A stretch of DNA of 64,000 bases from an uncultured Gammaproteobacteria bacterium. GTDB lineage: Bacteria; Pseudomonadota; Gammaproteobacteria; JBGSLN01. Shown here in pieces: positions 39,917 through 49,818 of the stretch (the first letter of the stretch is position 1; each line of letters begins with the position of its first letter). A program made the translations under genes and the position numbers. A model generated the notes under the pieces. The model had not been told where the DNA came from, ran no database searches, and saw only the letters and a program-made list of their open reading frames with translations. The stretch is taken from contig OY968770.1 of the NCBI GenBank assembly GCA_963695245.1, forward strand, positions 1,766,238 to 1,830,237, given 5' to 3'.

Positions 39917-40660
39917 ATGAACCATAAAAACCATTTGCTTATCGTGGATGACGATGCAGAAATTCGACATTTGCTGGCAAAAATTTTAAGCGAGTACAGT
40001 TTTAAGGTATCAACTGCTCAGGATGGTCAGGAATTGTTGGCGTTTTTAAAAAAACAATCTGTAGATTTAATCATATTAGATTTGATGATGCCGGGTGAAG
40101 ATGGTTTAACCTTATGTAGAAAAATACGTCAGACCCAGCAGACGCCTATTATTATGCTTACAGCCACTGGTGCCGAAACCGATAAAATTGTTGGACTGGA
40201 GCTGGGTGCGGATGATTACATGGCCAAGCCATTTAATCCCAGAGAACTGGTGGCGCGCATTAAAGCTGTGTTGCGACGAGTGCAAAATAGTCCTTCATCG
40301 CAAACAGCCTCTTTAAGTGAGCATACAATTCATTCAGAAAAACTTGCTTTCTCCGGCTGGCAGCTTGATTTAGGCCTGCGCCAGTTAATGGATCCTGAAC
40401 ATGTAGAGGTGGAGTTAAGCAGTGGTGAGTATCAATTGTTGATTGCTTTTTTGAAGTCACCACAAAATGTATTAAGTCGAGATCAGTTATTGGATGCTAC
40501 CTCTCATCGCCCTGCAGGCCCATTTGATCGAAGTATTGATGTACAAGTCAGTCGTTTGCGGCAGAAAATAGAAACTAACCCTAAAAAACCCTTGTTGATT
40601 AAAACGGTTCGCGGAGGCGGTTATATTTTCACAGCAAATGTTACCAAAATATTGTCGTAA
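39917..40660 (+). CDS. OmpR-family two-component response regulator
   Basis: Receiver domain (LIVDDD...LDLMMPGEDG) plus a winged-helix C-terminal domain. Confidence 0.85.
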   Translation: MNHKNHLLIVDDDAEIRHLLAKILSEYSFKVSTAQDGQELLAFLKKQSVDLIILDLMMPGEDGLTLCRKIRQTQQTPIIMLTATGAETDKIVGLELGADDYMAKPFNPRELVARIKAVLRRVQNSPSSQTASLSEHTIHSEKLAFSGWQLDLGLRQLMDPEHVEVELSSGEYQLLIAFLKSPQNVLSRDQLLDATSHRPAGPFDRSIDVQVSRLRQKIETNPKKPLLIKTVRGGGYIFTANVTKILS

Positions 40661-41930
40661 AATGAAACTCGTAAACGCCACTGCCAATACCTATACAGGT
40701 AAAATATTATTTTTTAGTTTAATTCTGATTATCATTGCGCATTTGGTTTTATTCATCTATTTTACTCAGAAAAATAAAGGGGCTCAAACCAGTGTTAACC
40801 GAGACATTATTATTCAACAGGTGATTAATCTGGTTGAGCGGGTAAATCTTACTGCACCTTCACAACGAAAAAAAACTGTCAATGCCGTTGATATTTCCGG
40901 CTTAACTATTTCATTGGATAAAAAACCACAGTGGCAATTAAAATTTAATGCAGATGCTTCTTTATGGCAAATTTCTCAGGCCATTCGGGAGCAGCCAGAA
41001 GTGATTCGGCTATCTTTAAAATATCAGCCGGATCTTTGGTTGAATATTTCCATGCCTTATGTCAAAAGTTCATGGTGGTTACAGATATTTTTACTGTCCA
41101 TGGAAATTGTTGTGGTGGGCTCTATCTTTTTTTCTATCTGGTCCATTAACCGATTTTCCATTCCTTTAAAAAGCTTTAAAAAAGCGGCAGAAAGATTGGG
41201 GGTTGACTCGGATGCGCCGCCTTTAAAAGTTTACGGACCTGCGGTGGTGCAAGAAACTGCAAACGCCATGAATCAATTACAACACAGAATTCAAGACTTG
41301 ATCAAAGAACGCACCAACATGCTGGCAGCTTTGTCTCATGATTTGAGAACGCCTATTACTCGGATGAAATTGCGGGCGCAATTAATAGAAGATAATGAGC
41401 TTCGAGAAAAAAATATTATTGATTTAGATCAAATGGAAGCGATGATCGCAGAAACTCTGGTATTTGCCAAAACCTCTAATGCCTCTGAGAAAAAGACCAA
41501 AATAGATTTAAGTTCTTTGCTTAAGTCGGTTTGTGATGATTTTATAGATATGGGGTATCCAGTGACCTATTCAGATTTTCCTTCAAGAGTCATCATAAAA
41601 GGCAGTGCCATCAATTTGCGACGGGCATTTAATAATGTGATAGAAAATGCAATAAAATATGGTTATAAAGCACAGGTGAGTATCGTTTTACATAAAAAGC
41701 AGATTTGGGTATCTATTGTAGATGATGGGCCTGGTATTTTAGAGGCGCATAAACATAAAATTTTCGAACCTTTTTATCGGGGAGAATCTTCTCGCTCTAG
41801 AATAACTGGAGGCACTGGATTAGGGCTTTCTGTCACAAAAGATGTCATTCGAAATCATCATGGGATGATTGAATTAAAAAATTTGCCTGAGAAAGGCTTA
41901 GAAGTTCTGATTAAATTACCGCTGGCTTAA
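40638..41930 (+). CDS. Two-component sensor histidine kinase
   Basis: TM helices, H-box LSHDLRTPITRM, and HATPase N/G boxes (GGTGLGLS). Overlaps the response-regulator gene. Confidence 0.85.
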   Translation: MLPKYCRKMKLVNATANTYTGKILFFSLILIIIAHLVLFIYFTQKNKGAQTSVNRDIIIQQVINLVERVNLTAPSQRKKTVNAVDISGLTISLDKKPQWQLKFNADASLWQISQAIREQPEVIRLSLKYQPDLWLNISMPYVKSSWWLQIFLLSMEIVVVGSIFFSIWSINRFSIPLKSFKKAAERLGVDSDAPPLKVYGPAVVQETANAMNQLQHRIQDLIKERTNMLAALSHDLRTPITRMKLRAQLIEDNELREKNIIDLDQMEAMIAETLVFAKTSNASEKKTKIDLSSLLKSVCDDFIDMGYPVTYSDFPSRVIIKGSAINLRRAFNNVIENAIKYGYKAQVSIVLHKKQIWVSIVDDGPGILEAHKHKIFEPFYRGESSRSRITGGTGLGLSVTKDVIRNHHGMIELKNLPEKGLEVLIKLPLA

Positions 41931-41974
41931 AAGCAAATCTCTAAAATAAATTCACCTATGGATAATAGTTGATG

Positions 41975-42062
41975 TATCAGGACTTACGCAAAATTTCAAT
42001 TTTAAAACTTCACTATGGCAATCAATGTAGGTTGGGCTGACGAAGGAAGCCCAACAAACCGT
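41975..42062. repeat. Partial MITE-like element (left TIR plus left core only)
   Basis: caggacttacgcaaaatttcaatttt...caatgtaggttgggctgacgaaggaagcccaacaa, then a degenerate spacer. Confidence 0.7.
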
Positions 42063-42149
42063 GACAATTAAACTAGTACCATTTCCATTTAATTTTGACA
42101 GATTACATTTCTATAAGTTTTATGAAATTTCTCTCCAACAGCATCATTA

Positions 42150-42262
42150 ATCAATGTAGGTTGGGCTGACGAAGGAAGCCCAACAGGTCGTGGCAACTAA
42201 AATAGGCCGTAATTAAATGAATAAGCTGTTGGGCTTCCTTCGTCAGCCCAACCTACATTGAT
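42150..42262. repeat. MITE-like palindromic element (complete core, opposite spacer orientation)
   Basis: caatgtaggttgggctgacgaaggaagcccaacaggtcgtggcaactaaaataggccgtaattaaatgaataagctgttgggcttccttcgtcagcccaacctacattg. Confidence 0.8.
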
Positions 42263-42421
42263 ATGTTTCAATTTTGAAGTTTTGTGTCAGCCCTATGTAT
42301 TTCATTTTCTGATAATTATTTTCTTTATTATCTAAGTTCCAACCCTAATACATTGTATTGATATTTCTTGCTTTAGCTGAGCCAGTTTTTTTTCAGAGCT
42401 AGCAGAGTCAGTGAGACAAAT

Positions 42422-44758
42422 TTAGATTTTAACGCCCATTTGGTTGTGCGCAACAGGCTTACTAATTTCTTGGCTAGTAGCTGCATTATAAAGTGCGCCA
42501 GGTTCAAGCGTTTTATTTCTGTATAATTCAAGCAATGCTTTAGTTTGCTCAGAGCATTCAGAAGATTGTGCCGGATTGTGTTTGTTACAACCTATTTTTT
42601 CCCAGGCTTGTTTAACAATTTTTTCTTGGATGGGTGAGCTGATTAAGTTATTATTTTCTTCAGAAAATTTTTGTCCGTAAATGACATTAAGATCCTTCAG
42701 TTTTTCATTGTTTTGTTCCAGGGATTTTGAGAGGTCCTGTAAATTTTCTTCTCGCTTAGTGTCTGTCAGTTTGCTTTTAATCACGTCCAGGAGTTTTGCT
42801 TTTGGTGCAATTAACTCTTTTGTTTTTTGTCGTTTTTGTCCGAATTCAAATTTTGTTTCTCGATAGGTAATGTAGCCAACTGCTGCGGAAATTAAAACAA
42901 TCCCACCCACAATGCCCAAACCAACTGGGTTTGTTAAGGCGATTGCACCCAATGCAATTTTGGCGATAACTAAAGCGGTTGAAAAAAGCGCTGATCCGAC
43001 ACCAAGTGAATTTCCTAACCCTCCTAATATTGAGATTTTTTTCGCAGATGAGGATGCGAATTTTCGCTGCAGGCTTGGAATTTTTCCAGCATCTGAATTG
43101 CTGGTTGGTAACTCAATTGCCTGGAGTTTAACTTCTTCATCCTTTAGCTTGGGAAGCTTATCATTCAGATCTTTGATATTTGTTTGGTACTGTTTTTTAA
43201 GATATTGAACCTTTTTTCTGGTTTTTATCATTTCAGAGTTTAGTTCTAAAAGAGTATTATTATCTACCTTTTCTTCCTGAAATGCCTGCTCAATCCTTTG
43301 ATTAATATTAAGTGCTTTTTCATCAAGCTCAGCAAACGATTTATCGAATCTGGTAATACGAGTTTCATAATTCTGCAAAGCTTTTGTTTCAAGTTGTAAA
43401 GCAGCATTGTCTTGCGCTTCTTTGCCATAGTTAAGGCGCTTGCTTTTATAACCTGCAATAAAAAAGGTTGCAAAGGCGATGGGAATAAAAATACCAGCGG
43501 TGACAACACTTGCCGTAACATTGGTAATTGTCAGTGAAAGATGATCTTTCATAAAACCTAAGCCAGCTTCGACAAGTGACGTTGTTGCTTCCGTTGGACA
43601 AGCGGCTTCACCAATACCACCTTCAATCAGCGCGCGTTTCCAATTTGTATCAGAAATCACCTTTTTGGTTAAATCAATAGCATCTAGGCCCTTAACATTT
43701 TTGAGGGTAATGTCGGCATCCCAGGCCATAAGCTTATTAAGTGTACTGGGATTTTTGTGTTTTATCGCGAGATGCAAAGCCGTATCGCCGTTTTTATTTT
43801 GAGCGTTAATGTCTTCATATGTCATTTTTTTCAAAATAGGATCCATTAGTTTAACATCACGGCGTCCAGTCAAAGCCAGTAGATGCAAAACAGTATAATT
43901 TTTTGTTGTTTTTGCCTTTGGATCAGCACCATTGTCTAAGAGGATCTGGATGATCGTCTCATTACGACTTTGAAGTTTTTCTTGGTACAGTTTATGTTCG
44001 GGATCAAAGGCTTTCGTTGGTATTTTATAAGCTGCGCTGGCATGTAAGGGCGTCATGCCTGCGGAATTTTCACTGTTTATCCATATTTTGCCTTTGGGTG
44101 AAGCTAAAATTGAGTTAACAATGTCTATGTGACCATAATAAGCCGCTACGTGCAAAGGTGTATTTCCTTTACCAAGTTTTTTTGAAATTTCCTCATCAGA
44201 TATTTGATCCAGGGCCTGCAACAAGCGGTTAAAAATATCAGTGTTTCCAAGTTTTGCAGCTAAATGAAATAAAGTGTTGAAATAATGTTTATCGGTAACT
44301 TTATGGTGTTTAAACGTAATGTCTTTTTTGCTTGAAACTTCATTACCAACGTCTAAGAGGTTTGAACCGTAGACTTGAAGCGCTTTTTCCAGTTTTTCAA
44401 AATTTCCTTCACGCACAGCTGAGAACAAACGAGATTTATTCTCATCTATGGCTTTGTCAAAGATTTTTTTTAACTCAGGTTTATCTTGCACAAGGTCTAC
44501 AGCGGTTTCATTATCTGAATTCTTGCTGTCGATCGTAACGTTGTGGCTTAAGAGAAATTTAGCGCTTTTTGCGGCGTTGTTGGCAATGGCCAGATGAAGC
44601 AAAGGCGTCTGATTTTTATCAAGCATACCATTGAGATCTAATGATCCAGGTTTTGCATTGAACCTTTGTTTTAAAAATGAAACATTATTTTTTTTGACAG
44701 CTTCTATGATACTTTCTTCGAGATTTTCTGAAGATTTTTTTCTATTTAAATTTGGCAT
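42422..44758 (-). CDS. Ankyrin-repeat protein with central TM helices and a coiled-coil region (778 aa). Eukaryotic-like effector candidate.
   Basis: At least 6 ANK repeats (TPLHLAIANN, TPLHVAAYYGHIDIV, TALHLAIKHKN). Hydrophobic segments around residues 400-440 and 560-620. Heptad-rich stretch 440-540. Confidence 0.75.
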   Translation of the reverse strand: MPNLNRKKSSENLEESIIEAVKKNNVSFLKQRFNAKPGSLDLNGMLDKNQTPLLHLAIANNAAKSAKFLLSHNVTIDSKNSDNETAVDLVQDKPELKKIFDKAIDENKSRLFSAVREGNFEKLEKALQVYGSNLLDVGNEVSSKKDITFKHHKVTDKHYFNTLFHLAAKLGNTDIFNRLLQALDQISDEEISKKLGKGNTPLHVAAYYGHIDIVNSILASPKGKIWINSENSAGMTPLHASAAYKIPTKAFDPEHKLYQEKLQSRNETIIQILLDNGADPKAKTTKNYTVLHLLALTGRRDVKLMDPILKKMTYEDINAQNKNGDTALHLAIKHKNPSTLNKLMAWDADITLKNVKGLDAIDLTKKVISDTNWKRALIEGGIGEAACPTEATTSLVEAGLGFMKDHLSLTITNVTASVVTAGIFIPIAFATFFIAGYKSKRLNYGKEAQDNAALQLETKALQNYETRITRFDKSFAELDEKALNINQRIEQAFQEEKVDNNTLLELNSEMIKTRKKVQYLKKQYQTNIKDLNDKLPKLKDEEVKLQAIELPTSNSDAGKIPSLQRKFASSSAKKISILGGLGNSLGVGSALFSTALVIAKIALGAIALTNPVGLGIVGGIVLISAAVGYITYRETKFEFGQKRQKTKELIAPKAKLLDVIKSKLTDTKREENLQDLSKSLEQNNEKLKDLNVIYGQKFSEENNNLISSPIQEKIVKQAWEKIGCNKHNPAQSSECSEQTKALLELYRNKTLEPGALYNAATSQEISKPVAHNQMGVKI

Positions 44759-45256
44759 AATAGTACCTCATCGCTTTCGATCCAAACTTATGAATTCAGC
44801 GGCAAATGGTGGAACGTTCTATGTAATAAGTTACTTCTGAATTTTGCAGGCATTCGTAAAATTCATCACGTGAGTAGAGGGTTCGGTGAAAATAAATTTA
44901 ATTGTTACTTCGAGGGACATATTGACTCCAGAGTCTTACTTCTAATGAGGTACTTATTCAGGCAACAGCGTGAAAAAATGTTAAGAAATTATGGTAAGTA
45001 TAGGATTAATCTCAAGGTAAGAGTCAAGTGTATTTTTAAAACTGGAGTTTTAAGTCCTATATAACTTAACAGAATGCTTGACTTTAACCATAAGGTTAAA
45101 CTTAGAATTTGCTAGAAATTATGTGTACTTATGATTGGTATTGTAGAGTGTCATTTTGCTTTTTCGCATTCAGATTTAGTGAAAATGCAATGTGACTAGG
45201 GCTCAGAGTAGCTTAATATCGATGCCGCAAAACAAAGGTTAAACTCGGGAATAAAC

Positions 45257-46456
45257 ATGAAATTTTTACAACTGTTTTCAAATATAAAAAATTTACTTGA
45301 CGGTGGTGAAGAGCTAGCCAAAAAGCGAAAAGAATTAACTGAGAAAATAGAGGTTCCTGATGACTTATTATGTGAAATTTCCTTTGATATTCCTAAACAT
45401 CCAATATTTACGGTGTGGGGTCATTTATATGACGAGGGTGTGCTTGATGATTGGTTAAACAACAATGACAATAAATGCCCACATACAAGAAACATTGTGT
45501 CCAAAGATGAGCATATCCTAAAAATTAGTAGCATTACTGAGTTCTTTAAGGAAATCCAAGGTTTTTATACAGTTTTTATTATTGATGAAATTAACAAAAC
45601 TTCTATTAAAGATTTAAAGAAGTTTAGTAATAAAATAGATGAAGCTAACCAACAATTCACAGATGAATACCAAAGAACCCTCAGTAACTATTTCCTTAAA
45701 GCATTAGCAGTGGACTTAAGTATTTATATGGAATACAGGTGTTTCTTTACAGAAGCTATTCCTAATACCCCTGTTCTTACTAAAATTGGCAATCTTTTTG
45801 AAAAAGAGGAACTGGTCGATTGGATAAATGATTATGGTATTTGTCCAATTTCTGGAATAGCATTAACTCAGAATGACTTTTTTGAATATCCTTCGCTAAC
45901 ACAATTGCTTCAAGAATTCAAACATGAGTTTGCCCTAAATCAGGAGTTTGAAAATCTAATAAAACTTATTGTTCAACTTACTTTAGAGAATAAAAACGAA
46001 GTTTTTATAAAGTATCACAATTTTATTATGAATTTAAGAAGTAAAAACGAGCGTTATCTTAACATTAAAAAACAAGCATCTATTTACGTAAAAAATCGGG
46101 ATGATATTTCTCAATTAAAAAGCAGACTTAAGTTAGATATCAATAATACTGAACATTTAGCTTTTTGGCAAAAACAAGTATTTGGAGTTAAAGGTGGGAC
46201 TTGTTTAGAAATTCAGTTTGATGGAAATTCATATACATATCGTGTGCCTGCTCGCGTGAAAAAATTATTTGAATTAGCGGATAAAGATTATGCTACCAAA
46301 GATGATTTGCTTAACGCAATTAATACACAGCGCAATCAATCAGTAAATCGTTTCAGTAGCCCTTTTTCAAGTTTTTTCAGAAATAAAGAAACCACAGAAA
46401 AACTGTATAAAACCCCTAATGATGAAATTCAAAATTTGGAATTTTCCCACAGTTAA
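45257..46456 (+). CDS. Tandem U-box domain protein (LubX-like E3 ubiquitin ligase mimic)
   Basis: Two U-box-like segments: CEISFDIPKHPIFTVWGHLYDEGVLDDWLNNNDNKCPHTR and PVLTKIGNLFEKEELVDWINDYGICPISG. Confidence 0.6.
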   Translation: MKFLQLFSNIKNLLDGGEELAKKRKELTEKIEVPDDLLCEISFDIPKHPIFTVWGHLYDEGVLDDWLNNNDNKCPHTRNIVSKDEHILKISSITEFFKEIQGFYTVFIIDEINKTSIKDLKKFSNKIDEANQQFTDEYQRTLSNYFLKALAVDLSIYMEYRCFFTEAIPNTPVLTKIGNLFEKEELVDWINDYGICPISGIALTQNDFFEYPSLTQLLQEFKHEFALNQEFENLIKLIVQLTLENKNEVFIKYHNFIMNLRSKNERYLNIKKQASIYVKNRDDISQLKSRLKLDINNTEHLAFWQKQVFGVKGGTCLEIQFDGNSYTYRVPARVKKLFELADKDYATKDDLLNAINTQRNQSVNRFSSPFSSFFRNKETTEKLYKTPNDEIQNLEFSHS

Positions 46457-46459
46457 AGG

Positions 46460-46633
46460 ATGTCAGTGAATTACACATTTTCAGACTGGTTTAAAATTGG
46501 AAGTACACTAGGGTTCGGTTTGAGCGGATACTTGATTGGCATCAGCATTATCTCCACTCACAAATATTATACTACAGACTTTTGCTCCCCATTAGAATTG
46601 CAAACCGTAGTAAAAACTGGTGGTAATTTGTAA
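46460..46633 (+). CDS. Small hydrophobic ORF (57 aa) with one predicted TM helix
   Basis: aaagga SD 4 nt before the ATG, directly after the U-box gene stop. STLGFGLSGYLIGISIIS helix. Confidence 0.25.
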   Translation: MSVNYTFSDWFKIGSTLGFGLSGYLIGISIISTHKYYTTDFCSPLELQTVVKTGGNL

Positions 46634-46665
46634 AATGGCAAATAGTCATTAATATTAAAGTGGTA

Positions 46666-47265
46666 CTAAAAGTATTTTTCCCGGCCTTCAATAGCTCTTG
46701 TGAGCGTACCACCATCCACATATTCGAGTTCACCGCCCATAGGCACACCATAGGCAATTCGGGAAATATTAATTTGATAAGATTTGGCAATTTGAGCAAT
46801 GTAATGAGCGGTTGCTTCACCTTCAACCGTCGGATTGGTGGCAAGAATGAGTTCTGATATTTCCCCCTCATTGAACAGGGCTTCTAATTTATGAATACCA
46901 ATATCTTCAGGGCCAATACCATCTAAAGGCGATAGATGCCCCATTAAGACGAAATATTTGCCGTTGTAAGCCCCCGTTTGCTCAACAGCAATCACATCAG
47001 CGGGAGATTCGATAATACATAATTGTTGCTGTTGGCGTTTGTTGCTGTTGCAAATATGACAAAGATCAAGCTCAGATAAGGTATTACAGCGCTGGCAATG
47101 GGTAATGACTTCCATGGCTTTAGCAAGAATAGCAGATAAATCCTTCGCGCCGTCTCTGTTGCGTTCCAACAAATGAAACGCCATTCTTTGGGCTGATTTT
47201 GGACCGACACCTGGCAGACATCGGAGTGCCTGAATAAGCTCATCAATAACAGGACTATAAACCAT
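46666..47265 (-). CDS. recR: Recombination protein RecR
   Basis: C4 zinc finger ([16 protein letters not shown]) and Toprim region. Follows dnaX-ybaB. Confidence 0.9.
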   Translation of the reverse strand: MVYSPVIDELIQALRCLPGVGPKSAQRMAFHLLERNRDGAKDLSAILAKAMEVITHCQRCNTLSELDLCHICNSNKRQQQQLCIIESPADVIAVEQTGAYNGKYFVLMGHLSPLDGIGPEDIGIHKLEALFNEGEISELILATNPTVEGEATAHYIAQIAKSYQINISRIAYGVPMGGELEYVDGGTLTRAIEGREKYF

Positions 47266-47300
47266 ATTTTTCTTGACCCGCTAAAAACTGTAGATTTTTA

Positions 47301-47627
47301 CTAATTGTCGCTGCCACCTAAATCAGAAGGTAAATCAAGTCCTGCAGTCAAACTTGCCATTTTACCACGGGTTTCGTTTTCGACTTTTTGAACTGCGTCA
47401 TTGATTGCTGCGGCAATTAAGTCTTCAATCATGGATTTATCATCTTCCAATAAATCTTCATCTAAGGTTACCTTTTTGACATCATGACGACCAGTCATTT
47501 CAACTTTTACCAGACCACCGCCGGAAACACCGGTAACATGCAGATTTTCAAGCTCTTTTTGAGCTGCCTGCATTCTATCCTGCATTTTTTTGGCTTCTTC
47601 CATTAATCGATTTAAGTCAGGTTTCAT
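47301..47627 (-). CDS. ybaB: Nucleoid-associated protein YbaB/EbfC
   Basis: 108 aa with conserved YbaB core. Lies between dnaX and recR. Confidence 0.85.
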   Translation of the reverse strand: MKPDLNRLMEEAKKMQDRMQAAQKELENLHVTGVSGGGLVKVEMTGRHDVKKVTLDEDLLEDDKSMIEDLIAAAINDAVQKVENETRGKMASLTAGLDLPSDLGGSDN

Positions 47628-47630
47628 AAT

Positions 47631-49214
47631 TTATACCTCTTGGGAAATGGCTTCAATGGATGAATTATCCACGGTTGCGTTAAAACTTTCAAGCAAAGCA
47701 TCCACCACAGGATCTGTGGCAATGGCCGTTTCAGCATTTTTTTGTCGTTTGCGCAATGCATTTGCATTTTTGTTGGCAGGTGATGCAATTTTGTAATCAG
47801 TAAATTCGATGTTCAGCCTGATTGAATCATTGTAGTACTCGCTTAAAGATTTTTCCAGGCGCTGCTTTTGCGAGCTTGTTAAAAGGGGCGCATGATCTGC
47901 CTGTAGCGTTAAATAAATTTGATTATTTTCTATTTTTTTTAATTCACAATTTTGAGCAATGGATGCCAACATGCCTTTTAATCCAAGCTCCGCGACACAT
48001 TTATCCCAGTTAAGGTTTTCTAAAGAGGTGGTTTTTGCAGCCGGAATATCCTTTGGTGCTGGATGATTGGTATTGGGTTTCGTTTGAGTATCTTCAGTTT
48101 TGTTTGTTTTAACAGTCGGTTGGTTGTCATTGGGATCTTTCGCTTCTATAGCTGGTTTGAAATCCAGCATGCGAAGTAATGCCATTTCAAATCCTGCGCG
48201 AGGACAGGGCGCCAGTGGCAAATCTTTTTTGCCCATTAAAGCAATTTGATAAAAAAGTTGGATATCTTCTTTGGAAAAACAATCTTTGTAAGCTGCAAAT
48301 TTTGGTTCAGATTCCGTTTGAGTGGCTTGCATCAGGGCAATTTTATGAAAGCCTGTAAGCAGAGCATCCAGGGCATTTAAAAAATCTACGCCGGACTCAG
48401 CTAAATTTTCCGTAATCATTAAAATTTCACTGGCACTTGCATATTTTAAAGCTTCAAGGATGTCAAAAAGATGCTTTTGTTGCACTGTACCCAACATGAG
48501 GTTGACTTGAGTTTGAGTGACAGCATAGTTACCAAAAGCGATAGCCTGATCCAATAAGCTTAAAGCATCACGCATACTGCCATCAGCAGCATAAGCAATG
48601 GCTTCTAGGGCTTCAGATTCATATTCAATTGCTTCTTTTTCTAGAACTTGCGCCAGATAGCCACTGATTTTTTCCGGTAATAGATTTTTTAAGTGGAATT
48701 GCAGGCAGCGTGAAAGCACTGTGACGGGCAACTTTTGTGGATCTGTGGTGGCCAGTAAAAATTTTACATGAGTGGGGGGTTCTTCTAATGTTTTTAATAA
48801 AGCATTAAAGCTGTGCCCTGAGAGCATGTGCACTTCATCAATAAGATAAATTTTAAAGCGGCCAGACGAGGGCGCGTACTGTACATTGTTGAGTAGCTCG
48901 CGGGTATCTTCCACTTTGGTTCTGGAAGCTGCATCCACCTCAATTAAGTCAACAAAATTGCCTTTAGCAATCGCCATACAACTGGTGCATTTGCCACAGG
49001 GTTTGCTTGAAATTTTTGTTTCACAGTTAAGACATTTAGCTAAAATTCTGGCAACGGTGGTTTTACCCACACCTCGTGTACCGGAAAAGAGGTAAGCATG
49101 ATGGAGACGATTGTGATCTAATGAATTGATGAGCGCCTGTAAAACATGCTCCTGACCCACCATTTTTTCAAAACAATCCGGTCGCCATTTACGGGCAAGG
49201 GCTTGATATGTCAT
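47631..49214 (-). CDS. dnaX: DNA polymerase III subunit tau/gamma
   Basis: Walker A GTRGVGKTT, zinc-binding CxxC motifs and a clamp-loader core. Confidence 0.9.
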   Translation of the reverse strand: MTYQALARKWRPDCFEKMVGQEHVLQALINSLDHNRLHHAYLFSGTRGVGKTTVARILAKCLNCETKISSKPCGKCTSCMAIAKGNFVDLIEVDAASRTKVEDTRELLNNVQYAPSSGRFKIYLIDEVHMLSGHSFNALLKTLEEPPTHVKFLLATTDPQKLPVTVLSRCLQFHLKNLLPEKISGYLAQVLEKEAIEYESEALEAIAYAADGSMRDALSLLDQAIAFGNYAVTQTQVNLMLGTVQQKHLFDILEALKYASASEILMITENLAESGVDFLNALDALLTGFHKIALMQATQTESEPKFAAYKDCFSKEDIQLFYQIALMGKKDLPLAPCPRAGFEMALLRMLDFKPAIEAKDPNDNQPTVKTNKTEDTQTKPNTNHPAPKDIPAAKTTSLENLNWDKCVAELGLKGMLASIAQNCELKKIENNQIYLTLQADHAPLLTSSQKQRLEKSLSEYYNDSIRLNIEFTDYKIASPANKNANALRKRQKNAETAIATDPVVDALLESFNATVDNSSIEAISQEV

Positions 49215-49239
49215 AAAATCACTGTATAAATTGAAAGAA

Positions 49240-49345
49240 ATGCCTTATCAGCCGCATCCCGGCACCCGAATCAGCTGTTATCGCTGCTCCCTTCCGGGCC
49301 TGACGAGGTTCACAGCCTATCGTCGCGAGAGGACCGATAAGACGT
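49240..49345 (-). ncRNA. ffs: Signal recognition particle RNA (4.5S RNA, ffs)
   Basis: Reverse complement reads GUCAGGCCCGGAAGGGAGCAGC...GUGCCGGGAUGCGGCUGAUAAGG, matching the conserved domain IV of E. coli 4.5S RNA. Terminal helix CUUAUC/GAUAAG. Conserved position upstream of dnaX. Confidence 0.8.
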
Positions 49346-49484
49346 GAAAATGTTACCTCAGATAAGAGACCTTGTCTACCCCATGCTTCCAATTATACCT
49401 GAAAATCGCTTACTATTGAGAAGCGCTTGGCAGACCACACTGGTATTTTTAAAAAAATCCATTATAATGCCAGGTCTTGATTGC

Positions 49485-49575
49485 GGAGAGATGTCTGAGT
49501 GGTCGAAAGAGCACGCCTGGAAAGTGTGTGTACGGCAACCCCGTACCGAGGGTTCGAATCCCTCTCTCTCCGCCA
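49485..49575 (+). tRNA. tRNA-Ser (anticodon GGA)
   Basis: GGAGAGA acceptor, anticodon stem CACGC/GTGTG with loop CTGGAAA, long variable arm, T-loop GGTTCGAATCC and an encoded CCA. Confidence 0.85.
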
Positions 49576-49639
49576 AATTTTAGAAATAAAACTGTTCAAT
49601 ATTTTTGCCTCCCATTTTACATAAATAGAATTTACAATA

Positions 49640-49700
49640 GATGTCGACTTACAGGTAAAATCAATGTTGGGCTTCCGACCTCGGCCCAACATTTACTTTG
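49640..49700. repeat. Degenerate MITE remnant (inner hairpin only)
   Basis: caatgttgggcttccgacctcggcccaacattta. Confidence 0.5.
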
Positions 49701-49712
49701 ATTTTCAGTTTC

Positions 49713-49818
49713 AATGTAGGTTGGTGCTGACGTAAGGAAGCCCAACAGGATTATTCATTTAATTACGGCTTTTTTATTTGCCACGGCTGTTGGGCTTAAT
49801 CAGCCCAACCTACATTTA
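49713..49818. repeat. MITE-like palindromic element with a degenerate right arm
   Basis: caatgtaggttggtgctgacgtaaggaagcccaacagg...ctgttgggcttaatcagcccaacctacattt. Confidence 0.75.

Noticed and set aside
47631-49214. A programmed -1 frameshift site (A AAA AAG) in dnaX producing the gamma subunit
   Set aside because: No A AAA AAG heptamer with a downstream stem-loop was seen in the appropriate region of the gene by eye. The runs of A/T found are at the C-terminal end or in the wrong frame context.
49344-49583. 79 aa and 66 aa ORFs at 49344-49583 and 49376-49576
   Set aside because: They overlap tRNA-Ser(GGA) and the SRP RNA gene. They are translation artefacts of structured-RNA loci.
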